A stretch of 64,000 bases of DNA from Dimorphilus gyrociliatus. Lineage: Eukaryota; Animalia; Annelida. This document shows, one piece after another, positions 50,941 through 64,000 of this stretch. The stretch lies in assembly GCA_904063045.1 (NCBI GenBank), contig CAJFCJ010000004.1, positions 1,419,713 to 1,483,712 on the forward strand, read 5' to 3'. Position numbers and translations under genes: made by a program. Position 1 is the stretch's first letter, and the number at the start of each line of letters is the position of its first letter. The notes under the pieces are model-generated. The model had not been told where the DNA came from and did no database searches. It was given only the letters and a program-made list of their open reading frames with translations.

Positions 50941-52845
50941 TCACATTACTGAGTACTCATTATGCTGAAAATTACTTGGAAAGGTTATATATTCTAGAGA
51001 TGATTGTCTTTGCCAACGAGTACATTTCTTTTTATTTTGTCGCTTTTGATTAACGTTCAATAGGTCATCATTAAAGCGCATTGCAGTAACGATAATATCT
51101 TTATAATGACTGGCCCGGAATAATTCTGTCCATTCTGGTTCTCTGGCTGTTAATCCCATACGAAATATAACGAGATGTCCATCACTATCCCTACCACAAG
51201 CACATAAATAGGAAAAATCAACAGATGCTACAATATAGCTCAACTCCCTTGGTAATCTTAGTAATAGAGCCCATCGGTCATACTCTATATTATATACTTG
51301 AACATGCTGAACCTGAAGAATATCGTATTTTCCAGCACTTCTCTTCAATTCTCTTCCACCGACAAGATAAATGTTATTATCAATCGAGCAAAGAGCTGGC
51401 GAATAGCAGGCAAAAGGCATTTTAGCCAGTTCCAAAGGATGATTAAATCCCACATCTCCATTACTAATATCATATTTAAAGCAGTCAAAGAGATTTTCGG
51501 TTACCTTTCGACCTCCAAATACGTAGACGGTTGAGTTGACGTTTATTATTCCTGGATTCGACGCTTTCGAAATCCATCTCATAGAAGTTCTCGACCACAA
51601 GGACGTATTAACATTAAACTTTAAGAAGCTACTTTGAATGATTGAGCTATCAAAAAAATAAAGCGTCGAATTAAGCATAAACGTTACTCCCCTTTCCCAC
51701 TCAGAAGCTTCCGAGTAAGTCCTAGGTGAAGGTCTTGCGCTATCGTGCGTTTCAGTAAAAAAATTAATTTTTATCACTTGTATGGACGTGTCTTTATTAA
51801 TAGTATTTCCGTCGTTCCAAATACTATAATTATCTTTGGCAATGCAGAATGCTATATACAAATTTTCATCAGCATAGTAACAACTATGATAATTGTCAGG
51901 TAAACATTGGATTAAAGTTGAGATATTCTCGTTTAATTCAACCTTTCTTCCAGATACTGTATTTATAAAATATGCGGATTTTTCCTTTCCAAACACTAAA
52001 AACATATTATTTCCCCTGTTATCTCTACGATGCCCTTGCCTGTGTGTTAAACTGCGGACTCCCTCACTTCTTACATTCAAGTATTCGATCATATATTCTT
52101 CTAGAGACATTCCATTGACCAGGTCAATCCGTATAAATTCTTTTAGCTCCGGAATGGTAGAAAGCCTTTCAGGTTTTTCACGACACCACTTTAAAACGGC
52201 TTCCAAGATTTCTTCTTCGGTTAACACTGTAAGGTTATCAAAGGAAATTATTTTAATTACAGAAGTCTTATCTAGGCGAACAAAATCTGGGTGTGATAGC
52301 ATTAAACTTCCGTTTAATCTAATCATTCTTAGTGTCTGTTCAACAACTTGTGGCAAATCAAGCATTTCAGCAAGACTAAAAATAGACAGACAATTATCAC
52401 AGTTCATAACTTCTTTTAGCATAAATTCTGATATAGCGTCTCTCATTTCATTCATTTGTAGATAACTGGAAATTTGCAACAAATCGGCCATCCATTCAAA
52501 TTTGTTGCTATCTGATTTTAAGTTCAATAAATTAACTTTCCCTTCGTAACAAAAATCGAGACATATTTTAACGGCTTTAGGATTGAAGCCTGTCAAGTTG
52601 CATCTATCCCTATCAAGTATATTAACCTTTGTTTCAAAAAAAGTCCTAAAGAATGGAGAAGCAGCAGCTAGTATGTTTTTATGACACTTAACTTCTTCAT
52701 CATCGTCCAAAATGAGTGTAAAGTCAACAAAATCACATTGTTGAAGCTTTCTTTGCTCATTTAAATAACTTAGAACTTTTTCAGCATGTATATTTCTTTC
52801 CGTTTTATCATTTCTTTTCTCAGAAATTTGATAATCGTCCAACAT
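50941..52845 (-). CDS. Intronless BTB-BACK-Kelch-like protein (634 aa), divergent
   Basis: BTB (DFTLIL…CHKNILAAASPFFRTFF), BACK (NCLSIF…ILEAVLKWC), partial kelch repeats (VYVFGG, IYLVGG, YNIEYDRW). Confidence 0.9.
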   Translation of the reverse strand: MLDDYQISEKRNDKTERNIHAEKVLSYLNEQRKLQQCDFVDFTLILDDDEEVKCHKNILAAASPFFRTFFETKVNILDRDRCNLTGFNPKAVKICLDFCYEGKVNLLNLKSDSNKFEWMADLLQISSYLQMNEMRDAISEFMLKEVMNCDNCLSIFSLAEMLDLPQVVEQTLRMIRLNGSLMLSHPDFVRLDKTSVIKIISFDNLTVLTEEEILEAVLKWCREKPERLSTIPELKEFIRIDLVNGMSLEEYMIEYLNVRSEGVRSLTHRQGHRRDNRGNNMFLVFGKEKSAYFINTVSGRKVELNENISTLIQCLPDNYHSCYYADENLYIAFCIAKDNYSIWNDGNTINKDTSIQVIKINFFTETHDSARPSPRTYSEASEWERGVTFMLNSTLYFFDSSIIQSSFLKFNVNTSLWSRTSMRWISKASNPGIINVNSTVYVFGGRKVTENLFDCFKYDISNGDVGFNHPLELAKMPFACYSPALCSIDNNIYLVGGRELKRSAGKYDILQVQHVQVYNIEYDRWALLLRLPRELSYIVASVDFSYLCACGRDSDGHLVIFRMGLTAREPEWTELFRASHYKDIIVTAMRFNDDLLNVNQKRQNKKKCTRWQRQSSLEYITFPSNFQHNEYSVM

Positions 52846-53266
52846 TTTGAAATTTTTCCCAAGTATAATTGATAAAGTTTGATATGCAAAACAAAACTGG
52901 GCGATAATTTAGAAATCGAGCAGCGCCAACTGTCGTAAAATCTCAGAACTTTCAGTCGACAAGTTTTCTATTTTTTTACCAGTGATTGCTAGGTACTTGA
53001 ACAGTTTTAGGGTTTTCTTTGCTTCATTGTGGATTTATGGCCCTAATTAACGATTAACCTAGCTAAAAGAATAATTAAGACGACATGTACGCATAACGTA
53101 GTAACAGGTAATTATTCATGTTGTGTAATCAAACTAAAGCCTATACAGGTGTAGTAAAACCTGTTTAAATTATGTGTGAATCAGACATTGTCATTGTGAA
53201 AATATCGAATAACATTGTTTAATATTAAAGTTTTGCTATATTTTTTATTTTATCGTAACACAGAGT

Positions 53267-56200
53267 ATGACTGCCAGTGATCACTACATTCCTGCAGAAC
53301 TGAGAGCAGGCTTCGTCGAACTAAGTCATACCTACAATACACATCGTCACTATTCTCTTAGGTATAATCAACAATCGACGATTTCGCCCCCTTCCTATCT
53401 TGGGGATTCGGAATTCAAGAGAAATCAACTTTTCCGAAGCAACTCTTCCGGTGTCCTTGATGCGTGCGACTTTACTCATCAAAATTACGATGACATAGAT
53501 ATGAAAAAATCCAATGGAAGTGTTCCGTCATCCCCCAATCGAGAAAAAGAAGAAAAAATGAAAAATTCGGATTTCGGCGGTGGATTATTACGGAAATTCC
53601 GATCTTCTAAGAATAGTAAGCATATAAAAAATGAAAAAATTGAACCAAAGCTAAGTAAAAAAGCCTTCGCGCACTACGACTGCCAGAGCGTCTGTTTTAA
53701 TTACCATGACATAGTAAGACGCAGAACATCTCTAAACCAACATAAAAATACGAAGACGGGAGCAAGTGCGGCTTCTGTCGCTCAGCCATCAGACTATATA
53801 GTTAGCGACGGTAATTACCGAAATGTTCTTGATGTAGAAGATGATCAAGATAAGGGAGATGGTAACTCGAACGACATGGTTTTGTCATGCCCTTTTTTTC
53901 GAAACGAACTGGGAGCTGACGAGAATATTGCTATTAGTCATGGTCGTTCCCAATGCAATGGCGTTACCATTTTAGACAATAGTAAACCTTTATCAAACGA
54001 CCCAATTGTATTAACGCCTGTAGTAACGTATGACATGTTTGTCATGGAACACGTTGATTATGGAGCATATTATTATAGAAATTTCTTTATATCTCACGAC
54101 CATCAGAATTTTATTGGTATTGATGAAGACGGTATGGGACCAGTAGCTGTCTCTATAAAGAGGGAAAAGGACGGAAATCGATATCAATATAGAATCATAT
54201 TGCGGACCAGCGAACAGTGTACTCTACGCGGTTGTATTCCAGAAGAAGCAATCGCCTCTTCAAAGTTCTCTTCTAGCAGGGGTATCCCTACGAAAGAAAT
54301 TTTAAGCGCAATCGTACCAGAATTACGGTTAAATAATTTAAAAGTAGCCGTTTCAGGGGAAAAAACTATCAAACAAATGCAGCGCCTTGATGAACAACAG
54401 GTAGAATAACTAAATTTTTAAGTGTAGATCTATTTTTAACCAAAAAATCAATACACTGTTCTTTCTATTTAAAAAAAAAATGATATTTAGCTGACTCGGA
54501 CTTATAAATTTGGTATCATGTACTGCAAAAGTGGACAGTGTACTGAAGAAGAAATGTATAATAATGGTATGTATAAATATTCTTTTTCAAGGCTTCAACA
54601 CAGATATAATAATATTTTTTATCACGTTAATTATTCGTTGAAACTTTATCGAAGCGTTGAAAGCAGCGTACTTACGGCAACATGCCCTAAAGCGTTGGGT
54701 TTTGATCTTATGTTTCTTATTATATTACAGAAGAAGGAAGCCCTGCATTCGATAATTTTTTATCTCTTCTTGGCCAAAAAGTATACTTGAAGGATTTTAG
54801 AGACTATCGGGGAGGGCTCGATATTAAAAGTAAACATACTTTCATCAACCTTTAGGCCGATAGTTTGATCTTAACCTTCTTTTTTCAAACAGCTGATTCA
54901 ACAGGATCTCAGTCAGTGTACACTAAGTTCAATGACTGCGAAATTATGTTCCACGTATCGACAATGTTACCCTATACGAAAAATAACAGGCAACAGCTCT
55001 TAAGAAAACGGCACATTGGAAATGATATTGTAACGGTTGTCTTTCAGGAAGACGGGTCACATCCTTTTTCCCCGAAGTCAGTCCGATCCCGTTTTCAGCA
55101 TGTCTTTATTATTATACGTCAAGTTGTATTAAGCACTGGTATTTTCTACCGGTTTGTTGTTTTGCATTTATTTTAGAATTTGTTAATTAATCAATCGATT
55201 TTCTTGCAGGCTTGCTGTCTCTCGCTCCAAAGAAGTTCCTCACTTCGGTCCCCCCTTGCCAAAGGATTCTTTATTTCCTCACTCCGATTTATTCGCCAAA
55301 TTTATTCTCGCCAAAGGTAAGACATTTATTAAATATGAGCGCGCCAACTTTACTTAACGGAAATTCTTTTACTACTTACAGCAATAAACGCGGAAAATGC
55401 AGCCCACAAATCCGAAAAATTCGTTGCCATGGCTACGAGAACCAGGCACGAGTACTTGAAAGATCTAGCGAATAATTACGTCACAAACTCGACTATAGAA
55501 ACGAATACGAAATTTTATTCTAAATTGTCTTTTGGTTCAAGCAAGAAACGCGATCGCCCAAAATCGAAAAACATCATCGATAATACAATATCAGGAGCAT
55601 TAGTTTGGGAAATCCTATGGAAAGATGTTAATAAATCAGAGAAACTTAAGTGTTACTTAGCAATTTCGTCTACAGTCTTGTCTGTTATTCCAAAGACAAA
55701 CTCTCAAGTTGTCTTTGTAATTCCAACATCATTAATAACAGGATGGGCTGAACAAAATAACTGGTAATTAAGTTTATTTCTTTCAAAAAATGATAACTGT
55801 CCAATCCATAATCGTAATTTATTATTTCAGTCTCCGAGTATATTATGACAAAGGGCAAAAATTATTATTGGAGTGTCCTGCCGAAGAAAGCGATAACGAC
55901 CGAAATGAGACTACGACAGAAGTAATGCAGAGACTCGAAGTCGTCACTAATGGAACTAATTGTCAAAAAATCGTCCTTGATAGAGGAAACGGAGGCCAAT
56001 TAGGATTTCACGTCACGGATGGTGGCCTGATAACCAGTGTAGATCAGGAAGGAAAAGCCTTTAAAGCAGGTTTAAAAATGAACTCAAGAATTGTAGAAAT
56101 CGGCTCTACTTTGGTTAGCTGTTTAAGTCACGCTCAAATGGTTGAAATATTGAGGCACAGTAGTGAGCTGGTACTTACAGTCATATCTCCTAATAGTGAC

Positions 56201-57756
56201 ATGACTCCTAGAGTTGGAATTAATCCGGAGAATTTTGGATTTACTGTCTCACCTTGCTACGAGCTCCCCTACATATTTTCTGCAAAATACAAGTAAGGAG
56301 TTTTTTTTTCATAATCTATCTTCCTTGTAAAACAATTCTCTGATAAACCGCTAGAATGAAAACTGATACGGCGACCGTAAGCGGTGATATTTTCTGTAGC
56401 GATGGCGAATCAACTAAGCCTAACGGTATTGTAACATCATACGTATGCATTGGCGAATAGTAGTTTTGACGCAGATTTTACCAACAGATAAACTGCATAG
56501 ATCGTGTAACGGATCGCTAATGTCTAATCCTATGAATCATCATCTTTCTTCTTCTTACTTGCCTGCAGCAACGCGTAACTGGTCGGAAGATAATACGACA
56601 GCCAGTCAAACAGATTTAACAGCGAGAAACTATGTAAATTGCAGCACAGACGGTTCACTGAATACCGATTGTAAATCTGGGCAATCATGGTAAATTAAAC
56701 TATTTAAATTTTGTCTTGCCTATAAATAACACGTACTTTTTTCTTTTTGATAGGCGGAGTGGCTACGTATCCGAGGGAGATGTTTCCAAATTACCTCAAA
56801 CTTATCATTCCACACCGAAATCGACAAGAAATTCACTTCATCAAGAGAAACCGAAAAGGGAAATCGGGGAGAAATCATTAGAAAATCAACTCAGGCACTT
56901 GATAAACGACGTAGGAACAGAAGCCGATCCATCTAAAGTATAAATTTTTTTATTTAATTTTTTTTCTTCGCTATAAAAGAAATCAATAGCAGCTTATTTG
57001 CTCTATTTTCACTAACAATTTACACTTTTTTCTAAAAGATGCAAACAGAAGTCTTATTATCGGCACATCGTCCTATTATTCCTATGGACAGATTGTAAAT
57101 ATAAATCATTTATTCGTGACATGTTACTGAAGTATCTTTTCGTATAGTAAACAATACAACCGAGAGCAAATCGGAAGCTCACCGAACGCAATAAATGTCA
57201 CCCAGAGAAGAAATGCTGATCGCCAATGGAAAAATCTTTTGTCTACAAGTGCCTCCCAAATATCACCAATGCGTGGTAGGCTTTCTCTTTCTATTTATAT
57301 TTATTGAATAATTTATGAATTAAATAATATATATTCCTTTTGCAGAAAATAATAATAGAATTCAGAAAATATCAATGGAACAATATCACCTGTCTCCAAA
57401 TCTTGACTTGTAAATAAATTTAATATATTACATCTAATAGTGAATGACTTTTTCAAATAATTCACAGGTCAAACGATTCCAGACTTGAAGCTGTTGAGAA
57501 GCGCTTGGGGCATTTAGAAGAAAAATCGAATCAACTAGAATATGATCTTAAGAGAGTATGCAAAAAAGAGTTTTCTTTTCTTTGCTTGTTTAATAAAATT
57601 TCTTTGTAAAAGGAACGGCAGGAGAAACGGACACTTGAAGCGGAAGTTGAAAGGCTCAAGCAAGATAACGAACGTTTGCAAGAAGAAGCTGATAAAGCCG
57701 CTAGCCAGCTACGAAAATTCACAGAATGGTTTTTTAATACGATTGACAAACGATAA
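53267..57756 (+). CDS. SIPA1L: Signal-induced proliferation-associated 1-like protein (RapGAP + PDZ + C-terminal coiled-coil), multi-exon
   Basis: [64 protein letters not shown] (GQLGFHV), C-terminus [13 protein letters not shown]. Confidence 0.95.
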
Positions 57757-58046
57757 TGGACAGGGATTCTTCTTTTGTTATAATATTATGCTGTTCTAGT
57801 CCTCCAAACGTCGTTAAGCTTTAAAACTTTAGTGAGTGAATTTTTGTTGTCAGACTTGACCAGCAATGAAATGTGATATAGTAGTTTTGTTATCTATTTA
57901 TATAATCCTAACATTAAAAAAAACAGCGTATAAAATTTTGCACACACAATATTGACTAAAGAACACCATATAACTGTCACTGTCTCTATCCGAGGAATGA
58001 GGTGGAAAGCACAAGGACGGATTGAACACTTTAACCTTCTGTTTTC

Positions 58047-60000
58047 CTAAACACTTCCGATCCAACCATTATGAGTAAGGAATGTCAGTATTTTCCGACG
58101 GTGAGCCTTGTCTAAATGGCTGGGGTACCTCATCTTTACAGGCAATCCTTGTCTTCTTTGTAAATAATCCTTCAAAAAAAATTTCTGTAATATTAATCCT
58201 TCAGAAATGTATAAATGGTACCTTGATTATGCAAGTTTTGATGGTCAAATACGTATTCGGTTTCATGTCAATTGAATTGCATAACTGAAAAAAATATTAT
58301 TTATCATCTGACACTTGTTAAATTTTCCATTACCTTTTTTTCACTGTCAGACAATATTTCCGCCTGTAAACGGTCACTATCAACTCGACCGTTCGTTACG
58401 TCACGACCAGATTCGAAACAGTCTCTATCGTTTCTCTTCTCTTGTTTTGCACTTTTACATGAGAATAACTGGAATTATTAACTGGTACTTAGAAAAAAAT
58501 GCTTAAAAAAACAAAACAAAAGTCAACGACTGACATCAATGCTGAAAACTTACCAATTTACGTTTCTGTTGATTTCGTTTATCATTTTTTAATCGTTCAC
58601 TGTTAAATTTAGAGCACTCGGAAAATTTTTGAATACCATTTCGTCTATAGCGTTGAAGTTCTTTGATTCGTTGTTTCAACTGTTTTATTTCTGTTAAGAA
58701 TTTATCAAAGTAAATGAAACAATACAAATAAATTTAGGAAGAGCAAGTGAATTAATACTTTTTAAATTAAGAACGTAATCACTAAGTTCAGCTTCATTAT
58801 GGAATTGTGCAAAATTGCGAAATTTTTCACTTATTTCGCAATCAATTTCGCCCCTGCAATAATGATAAGGAAATAGTTAAGCCCTAATCTATAAAAATAA
58901 AAAACTTCTTAACAAACTGACTTTTCATTTTTCAGAAAGCTTTTTCTTTTAGAGTTTGAACGATCGGTTTTGAATTTTTTGTCGGACGGTAGTAAGGAAG
59001 ATATGATATTGTGGACTCGAGCCACGTGTTTTCTTTTCTCCCTTTCCTCGAGGCGCTCTCTAAAGGCTTCAATTTGTAGTAATTTGATGTCTAGGTCTGT
59101 TTCATCATCTTCATGGTAATTCAGGGTTAGATCAGAAACAGTTTTCTCAGCATCATTATCATATTCTATTTCAAAGTCATCTCTAAGAGGTAGGTATCCA
59201 AACTCCCGTTGTTCTTGAGAAGTTAACTCTATAATAGGAGCAGTAACGGGGAGTGAAGGACTTAAATCACCATTACAAGTTCCGGTATGGTCGATTATGT
59301 TATCTGGCAAGTCCCTAGGAACAGTTTTTGGCCCAATTCGTCCTTGTATGAAATATGTGTAGTAATGTATTTGACAATCTTCTGCCGACCTTGTTCGAAC
59401 ATGATTGCTTACATCCTCCCTGAAAATTTAAAAATAATAAAAATATGCTTAGTAAACTTTTCTAGAAGCTTTCATTAATTATATGTGAGCAAAACCGCTA
59501 TTTATCTAGTTACATTCACTTTTTCAAAACCATTCTATAAATTAGCTATTTATTTCAATCACTTAAAATTTAACTATAGTGGAATAAACAAGATACCAAT
59601 TTCCAAAACCAAATTGCTCTACTGCATCGAGTAGAAGGCATTCTTCATTTAGTTTCCAAGAAGAATCTGATCTTTCATCGAATAAGCAAAAGTGTCCACT
59701 ATCCTGTATATTTAAAATAATTAATAGTCTTGTCACACCGGTATAAACAAATACAAACCAATATTTCATAACTATGATCTCTCTTATGTGGCCCAACTTC
59801 CGCTCCGCATGCAAAGCACTAGAGATCAAAAAGAAAATCCATAATGAATTTGCAATATAAAAATATTTAAGAGTATTGAAAATTTTTCAATGAATACAAA
59901 CCTGAACACACAAATCAACTGATACAGTGGTACATTCTGTGCAATGTATTCTACATGAATTTATAGTTTTTTGGCAGCAAACGCACAAGTCGTTCGACAT
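58047..60000 (-). CDS. TADA2B: Transcriptional adapter 2-beta (ZZ zinc finger, SANT, Ada2 C-terminus); an upstream ATG at 60114 may extend it
   Basis: CVCC…CTEC…LCVQCFACGAEVGPHK…H, LLLDAVEQFGFGNW, GYLPLRDDFEIEYDNDAE, C-terminal HLDKAHRRKILTFLTHNGWI. Confidence 0.9.
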
Positions 60001-60108
60001 TTTTTGCTGCCGTTAAATAAATAATCTAACTGGTCTAATAAATGTACACCCTTAGTCCATAAATTCGGGCAAAAACACCGCATAAATATTCTTTGTCGTT
60101 TTTTCAGA

Positions 60109-60134
60109 CGCCATCTTTCTATAGAAACTTCCGG
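60109..60134 (-). promoter_or_regulatory. ETS (CCGGAAGT) and YY1-type (AAGATGGCG) motifs at the TADA2B 5' end
   Basis: Both motifs read on the minus strand within 26 nt; the YY1-type motif contains the ATG at 60114. Confidence 0.5.
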
Positions 60135-60631
60135 AATGCTACAATATTTCGAGGAGTCTACCAGTTTACGCTGACACGAAATATGAGATTCTTATATAGA
60201 ATATTAAGCTACTTTTCGAATTATATGCATAATTTAATAATTAATTACCTTTTAATTTAACTAAATAGTTTTTTTCCAATGAAACCAATCATTACATGCT
60301 TTTTTTAATTAACTTCAAAGAGTTTAAAACTTGTTTTTTTTTTCTCTTTTATCAATGAATACAATATCCTATACAGATAGCGTTTGTATCTTGTTAATAA
60401 ATTTGACAAAAAAACTTCTTCGACTAGAAACAATGTCATTAAGGAAGATTCTTGATATACGTAAAATAGATTAGCGTACAAATAGAGGTCTTGTATTATA
60501 ATTTCGAATATGAGAATTGGTTCGTCTCTGATAGAATAAAACTTTCAGCTGGAAACAATTGGCGTAGGCGCTTTGTTTGTAATTATCGTCTCTTTAACAA
60601 AATACTTTCACTTGTGAATTTCGGCTAAACG

Positions 60632-62640
60632 ATGAACGAGAATAACTTAAAGGGAGAGGATTTTATACGCCTTCTAGGAGATGGAACCAGCAGATGGCAA
60701 ATGGCAATATTTTGTATATATGGCATTGTATTTGCATTACCATTTACTTTTAATGTCGTTTCAACTCCATTCTTGGGTAAATTATCTTTCTCTAAATAGA
60801 ATATATAACAAACTTAAATGTCTCCTTTATGAAGTTTGAAGTCCTTTTTTTTAGTTGATACACCGAAACATCAGTGTAAAATGACTCCGGACAGGGTCAG
60901 TATTGAATCATCTAGTTGTTTCTATCGGAACGGAACTTCAAATACTACACTATCATGTCCAGATGGATACGCGTATGATGCCGATTCTGGATACGATTCA
61001 ACAATAGTAACCGAATTTAATCTTGTATGCGATAAAAAGCTTCTGCCTGAAATATTTTTATCAGCTGGTACCTTAGGAGGTGTTGTCGGAAGTTTGTTCA
61101 TTAATAGACTTTCCGATGTAATTGGTCGAAAGAAATTATTGACAATTGTATTATTCGTTGGCTTCGTTCGCAATATGGTTTCGGCATTGTCACCCACATT
61201 CCTCTTCTTAATCGTTTGGGAATGCATTATGAGCATCACATTTTATGGACTTGCAACTACAATTATGATTTGCGTATTAGAAATATTCCCTAAAGAGAGA
61301 CGCACATTCGCTGGAACTGCAATAGAATTTTTTTGGTGCGGTGGCTACTTCCTAGCTGCGTTAATTGTATATTTAATAAGAAATTGGAGACTTTTGACAT
61401 GTTATAGCGGTGCTATTCAGTTATTTTCCGCTGCCCTTATTCATTTGTAAGTTTGTTATTTAGAATTATAAAACAATTTTACTAGGCGAGAGATTACAAC
61501 TCGCTTGTTTCTCCCAAAGTCGTACCAGATGTATATGTTTAACAATGAAACTCTATATTGAATTCTTATAACTACGTAGTACCTTTTTCCAATAATAGAA
61601 CTTAATTCATTCCACTTGAAATATTATTAATTATCTTGATTGTTTTTTTCAAACTGCAAATTTTAAATAGTGGTACACCTGAATCGATCAACTGGCTTCT
61701 AGCTAATGGAAAATTCGATGAAGCTGAAAACGTCATTCAAATGGCTTCAAAATATAATACGAAAGAGGTTACAAAGGAGGATTTTAATCAAATTTATGAA
61801 GCGAAAAATGTTAAAGTGGAGAATGAAGCTCAGTCAAAAATTTCACTTCTCAGTATTTTCAGTAACAAGACGGTACTAAAGTATATGTTTTTTTCAATAA
61901 TCTTATGGTACGAAGTAATTAAATTTCATGGACTATAGTTAATCTTATTTCTTTTTTATAAGGTGTATCAATATGCTCGTTTATTCTGGTCTTAACTTAA
62001 CTGTTACTAATCTAACTGGAGATCGATATTTGAACTTTCTGCTGTATGCTACGGCAGAAGTACCAGCTTTTATTGTTATGTATTTCATACTACCAGTGTG
62101 GGGAAGAAGAATTCCTTGTGCCGTCTTTCATGTTATCGCTGGATTGAGTTTGATAATGACCATTATACCTAATCTCAATCTATTATCCGAGACTCAAGCA
62201 TATATATTTGGCTTAACAATGAACTTTATAGGAAAGTTTGGTATTACAGCAAGTTTTTCAATCATTTATTTGCAAATCCCGGAAATATTTCCAACCAACA
62301 TTCGAAATTTTTCCATGGGACTGTGTATGTTTTCCAGCAGGGCTCTAAGTTTAGCTATACCTTTCGCTCGAACTCTGGTAAGTCAAACTCTTTTAAAATT
62401 CCTAAATTAAGGTTTTGATCATTTCTTCAGGATAAAGAGATCCCTTGGCTTGTAAGAGCATTATTTGGAGGATTGAGTGTCCTGGGAGCTTTTGCAGCAT
62501 TAAATGTCCCAGAGACACTTGGAAGAGACCTACCAAGAGATATGGAAGAATTGAACTCTTGGAGTTTAAAAGGACCAAAGTATGACAAACAGGGTAAAGA
62601 TGAGCATGTGTATTTAGAAATGAACAAAAGCTCACAGTAA
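60632..62640 (+). CDS. SLC22: SLC22-family organic cation transporter-like MFS protein, multi-exon
   Basis: Extracellular loop …STIVTEFNLVCDK, LSDVIGRK, LEIFPKERR, PESINWLLANGK, WGRR, EIFPTNIR, VPETLGRDLP. Confidence 0.92.
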
Positions 62641-62662
62641 AGAAACAAAGCTGATTGTCTAA

Positions 62663-64000
62663 TTAGCTAAAAGAATTACAAAATGTATAGGCGTTAATAA
62701 ACATTGCCATCCAAGGACTAAACTTTCGATTACCTATAGGCGATGGCTTATAAGGCCATTGCCAGGATAAAAAGCACCTTTCCGGGTGAGGCATTACGGC
62801 TAAATGACGACCATTTTCTGAAGATAAGCCAGCAACCGCTTCCCTACTTCCATTTGGATTTAAGGGATATTCCATTGTTGGCTCGCATTTGGCGTCCACG
62901 TACTGCATGCATAGCTGCTTATTTCTTTTAATGTTGGATAAAGCGCTCGAGTCGTTGTACGTAAATCGTCCTATGGGTTTTAATATATATATATATATAT
63001 ATATATCACAAAACTTTTCATAAAGTTACAAAAAAAATTTTCTAACCTTCTCCATGGGAAACATAGACGCCAAGAATACTATCTTCCATATCTTTTAATA
63101 GAATCGAATTTGACTCTCTAATACGAACACTAACCCAACGAGATTCGTAACGCTCGGATACATTGTGGTCGATAAAAACGCCATCTATCCAACCTAATAA
63201 CGCCATTAGTTGACATCCGTTACAAACTCCCAAGCTGAATGTATCTGGTCGACTATAAAATCTATCAAGCCGTTTTTTCGCCTTATCATTGTATCTGATA
63301 GTGGCTGCCCAACCCTTTGCCGATCCACAAACGTCTGCATAACTAAAGCCACCCACAAAGGCAACACCGTTAAAGCCATCAAGAGAGAATCCATCGCAAA
63401 TATCTTGAGAATTAACGTCCCAAACCTCAAACCCTGCGGAATAGAATGCTGCGGCCATTTCTCGATCTCCGTTTGAACCTTCTTCCCTTATTATAGCTAC
63501 TTTAAACTTTCTATTATGATTTAATAATCTAATTTTATTGACAAGATCATCGCAGTCGAACCTATATACATAAGTTGGATTTTTTCTAGTTGATAAATTA
63601 CTTTCCTCTTCTTCTACGCAAACACGATTTGTCTGTCTTTTTTCCAAAGCAAAACTAGTCCTTTCCCAAATATCTCTCAGTCGAACCATACTCTCACTAA
63701 TTATTTCATCTCCATTGAAACATATAGAGATTTTAGAATTTTCCACTTCATTTATTATCTTAGTCCTTGCAACTTCTTCGCAAATAATTCCAGAATTTGA
63801 GAAGAGCTGATTTATCAAAGGAATATCTTTTTCATTCGCTTCAAATACCAAACCCAATTCTTCTGCAAATAAGTAGTCAATAGCATCTGCAAAGATGACA
63901 AAAATGAAAGGTTTTAGTCACAAAACAATCTGTATTGATTTTATATTAGTTACCATTATTCTTATTTTTTATGTTCACTTCTAGTCCACAATTTCCGGCA
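62663..64000 (-). CDS. PFAS: Phosphoribosylformylglycinamidine synthase, 3' part (glutaminase domain); continues beyond the right edge
   Basis: REEGSNGDREM, GGFSYADV, LGVCNGCQL, SHGEG, YPLNPNGS, MPHPERC. Confidence 0.96.
62983..63006. repeat. (TA)n microsatellite in a PFAS intron
   Basis: Pure TA run. Confidence 0.9.

Noticed and set aside
51225-52465. Plus-strand ORFs inside the Kelch gene (and similar antisense ORFs within SDR, SUEL, TRPM, SLC22, PFAS)
   Set aside because: Antisense shadows of well-supported coding sequences.
1-64000. CRISPR arrays, rRNA, prokaryotic operons, transposase or reverse-transcriptase ORFs
   Set aside because: No regularly spaced repeats or matching motifs seen; the DNA is intron-containing animal sequence. 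Short non-autonomous elements cannot be excluded without a repeat library.

Overview
Eukaryotic (animal) genomic DNA: strongly AT-rich, gene-dense, with many short (about 55-100 nt) GT-AG introns and TA/GA microsatellites. The gene set (TRPM, SIPA1L, TADA2B, ALDH8A1, LITAF, SLC22, PFAS) points to an invertebrate with a compact genome; a lophotrochozoan such as a small annelid is a guess, not shown by the sequence. The left ~36 kb holds mostly lineage-specific secreted and cell-surface genes. These are two tandem, intron-split 4-Cys peptide precursors (5521-7162; the ORF track misses the first entirely and lacks the second's signal-peptide exon), an LRR type-I membrane protein, a hidden two-exon orphan, a receptor with 5 C-type-lectin and 6 sushi domains, an intronless 8-Cys secreted peptide, a SUEL/CUB-like mucin-stalk membrane protein, and LITAF with paired palindromic AP-1/CRE sites. 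They are interleaved with a DFR-like extended SDR, its decayed tandem copy, and ALDH8A1. The right ~24 kb is a tightly packed block of conserved genes: TRPM, ATPSCKMT, an intronless BTB-Kelch gene, SIPA1L, TADA2B, an SLC22 transporter and the 3' part of PFAS. No rRNA, complete tRNA, CRISPR array or recognisable transposon was seen. All exon structures were inferred by eye from splice signals and reading-frame continuity; no database search was run.
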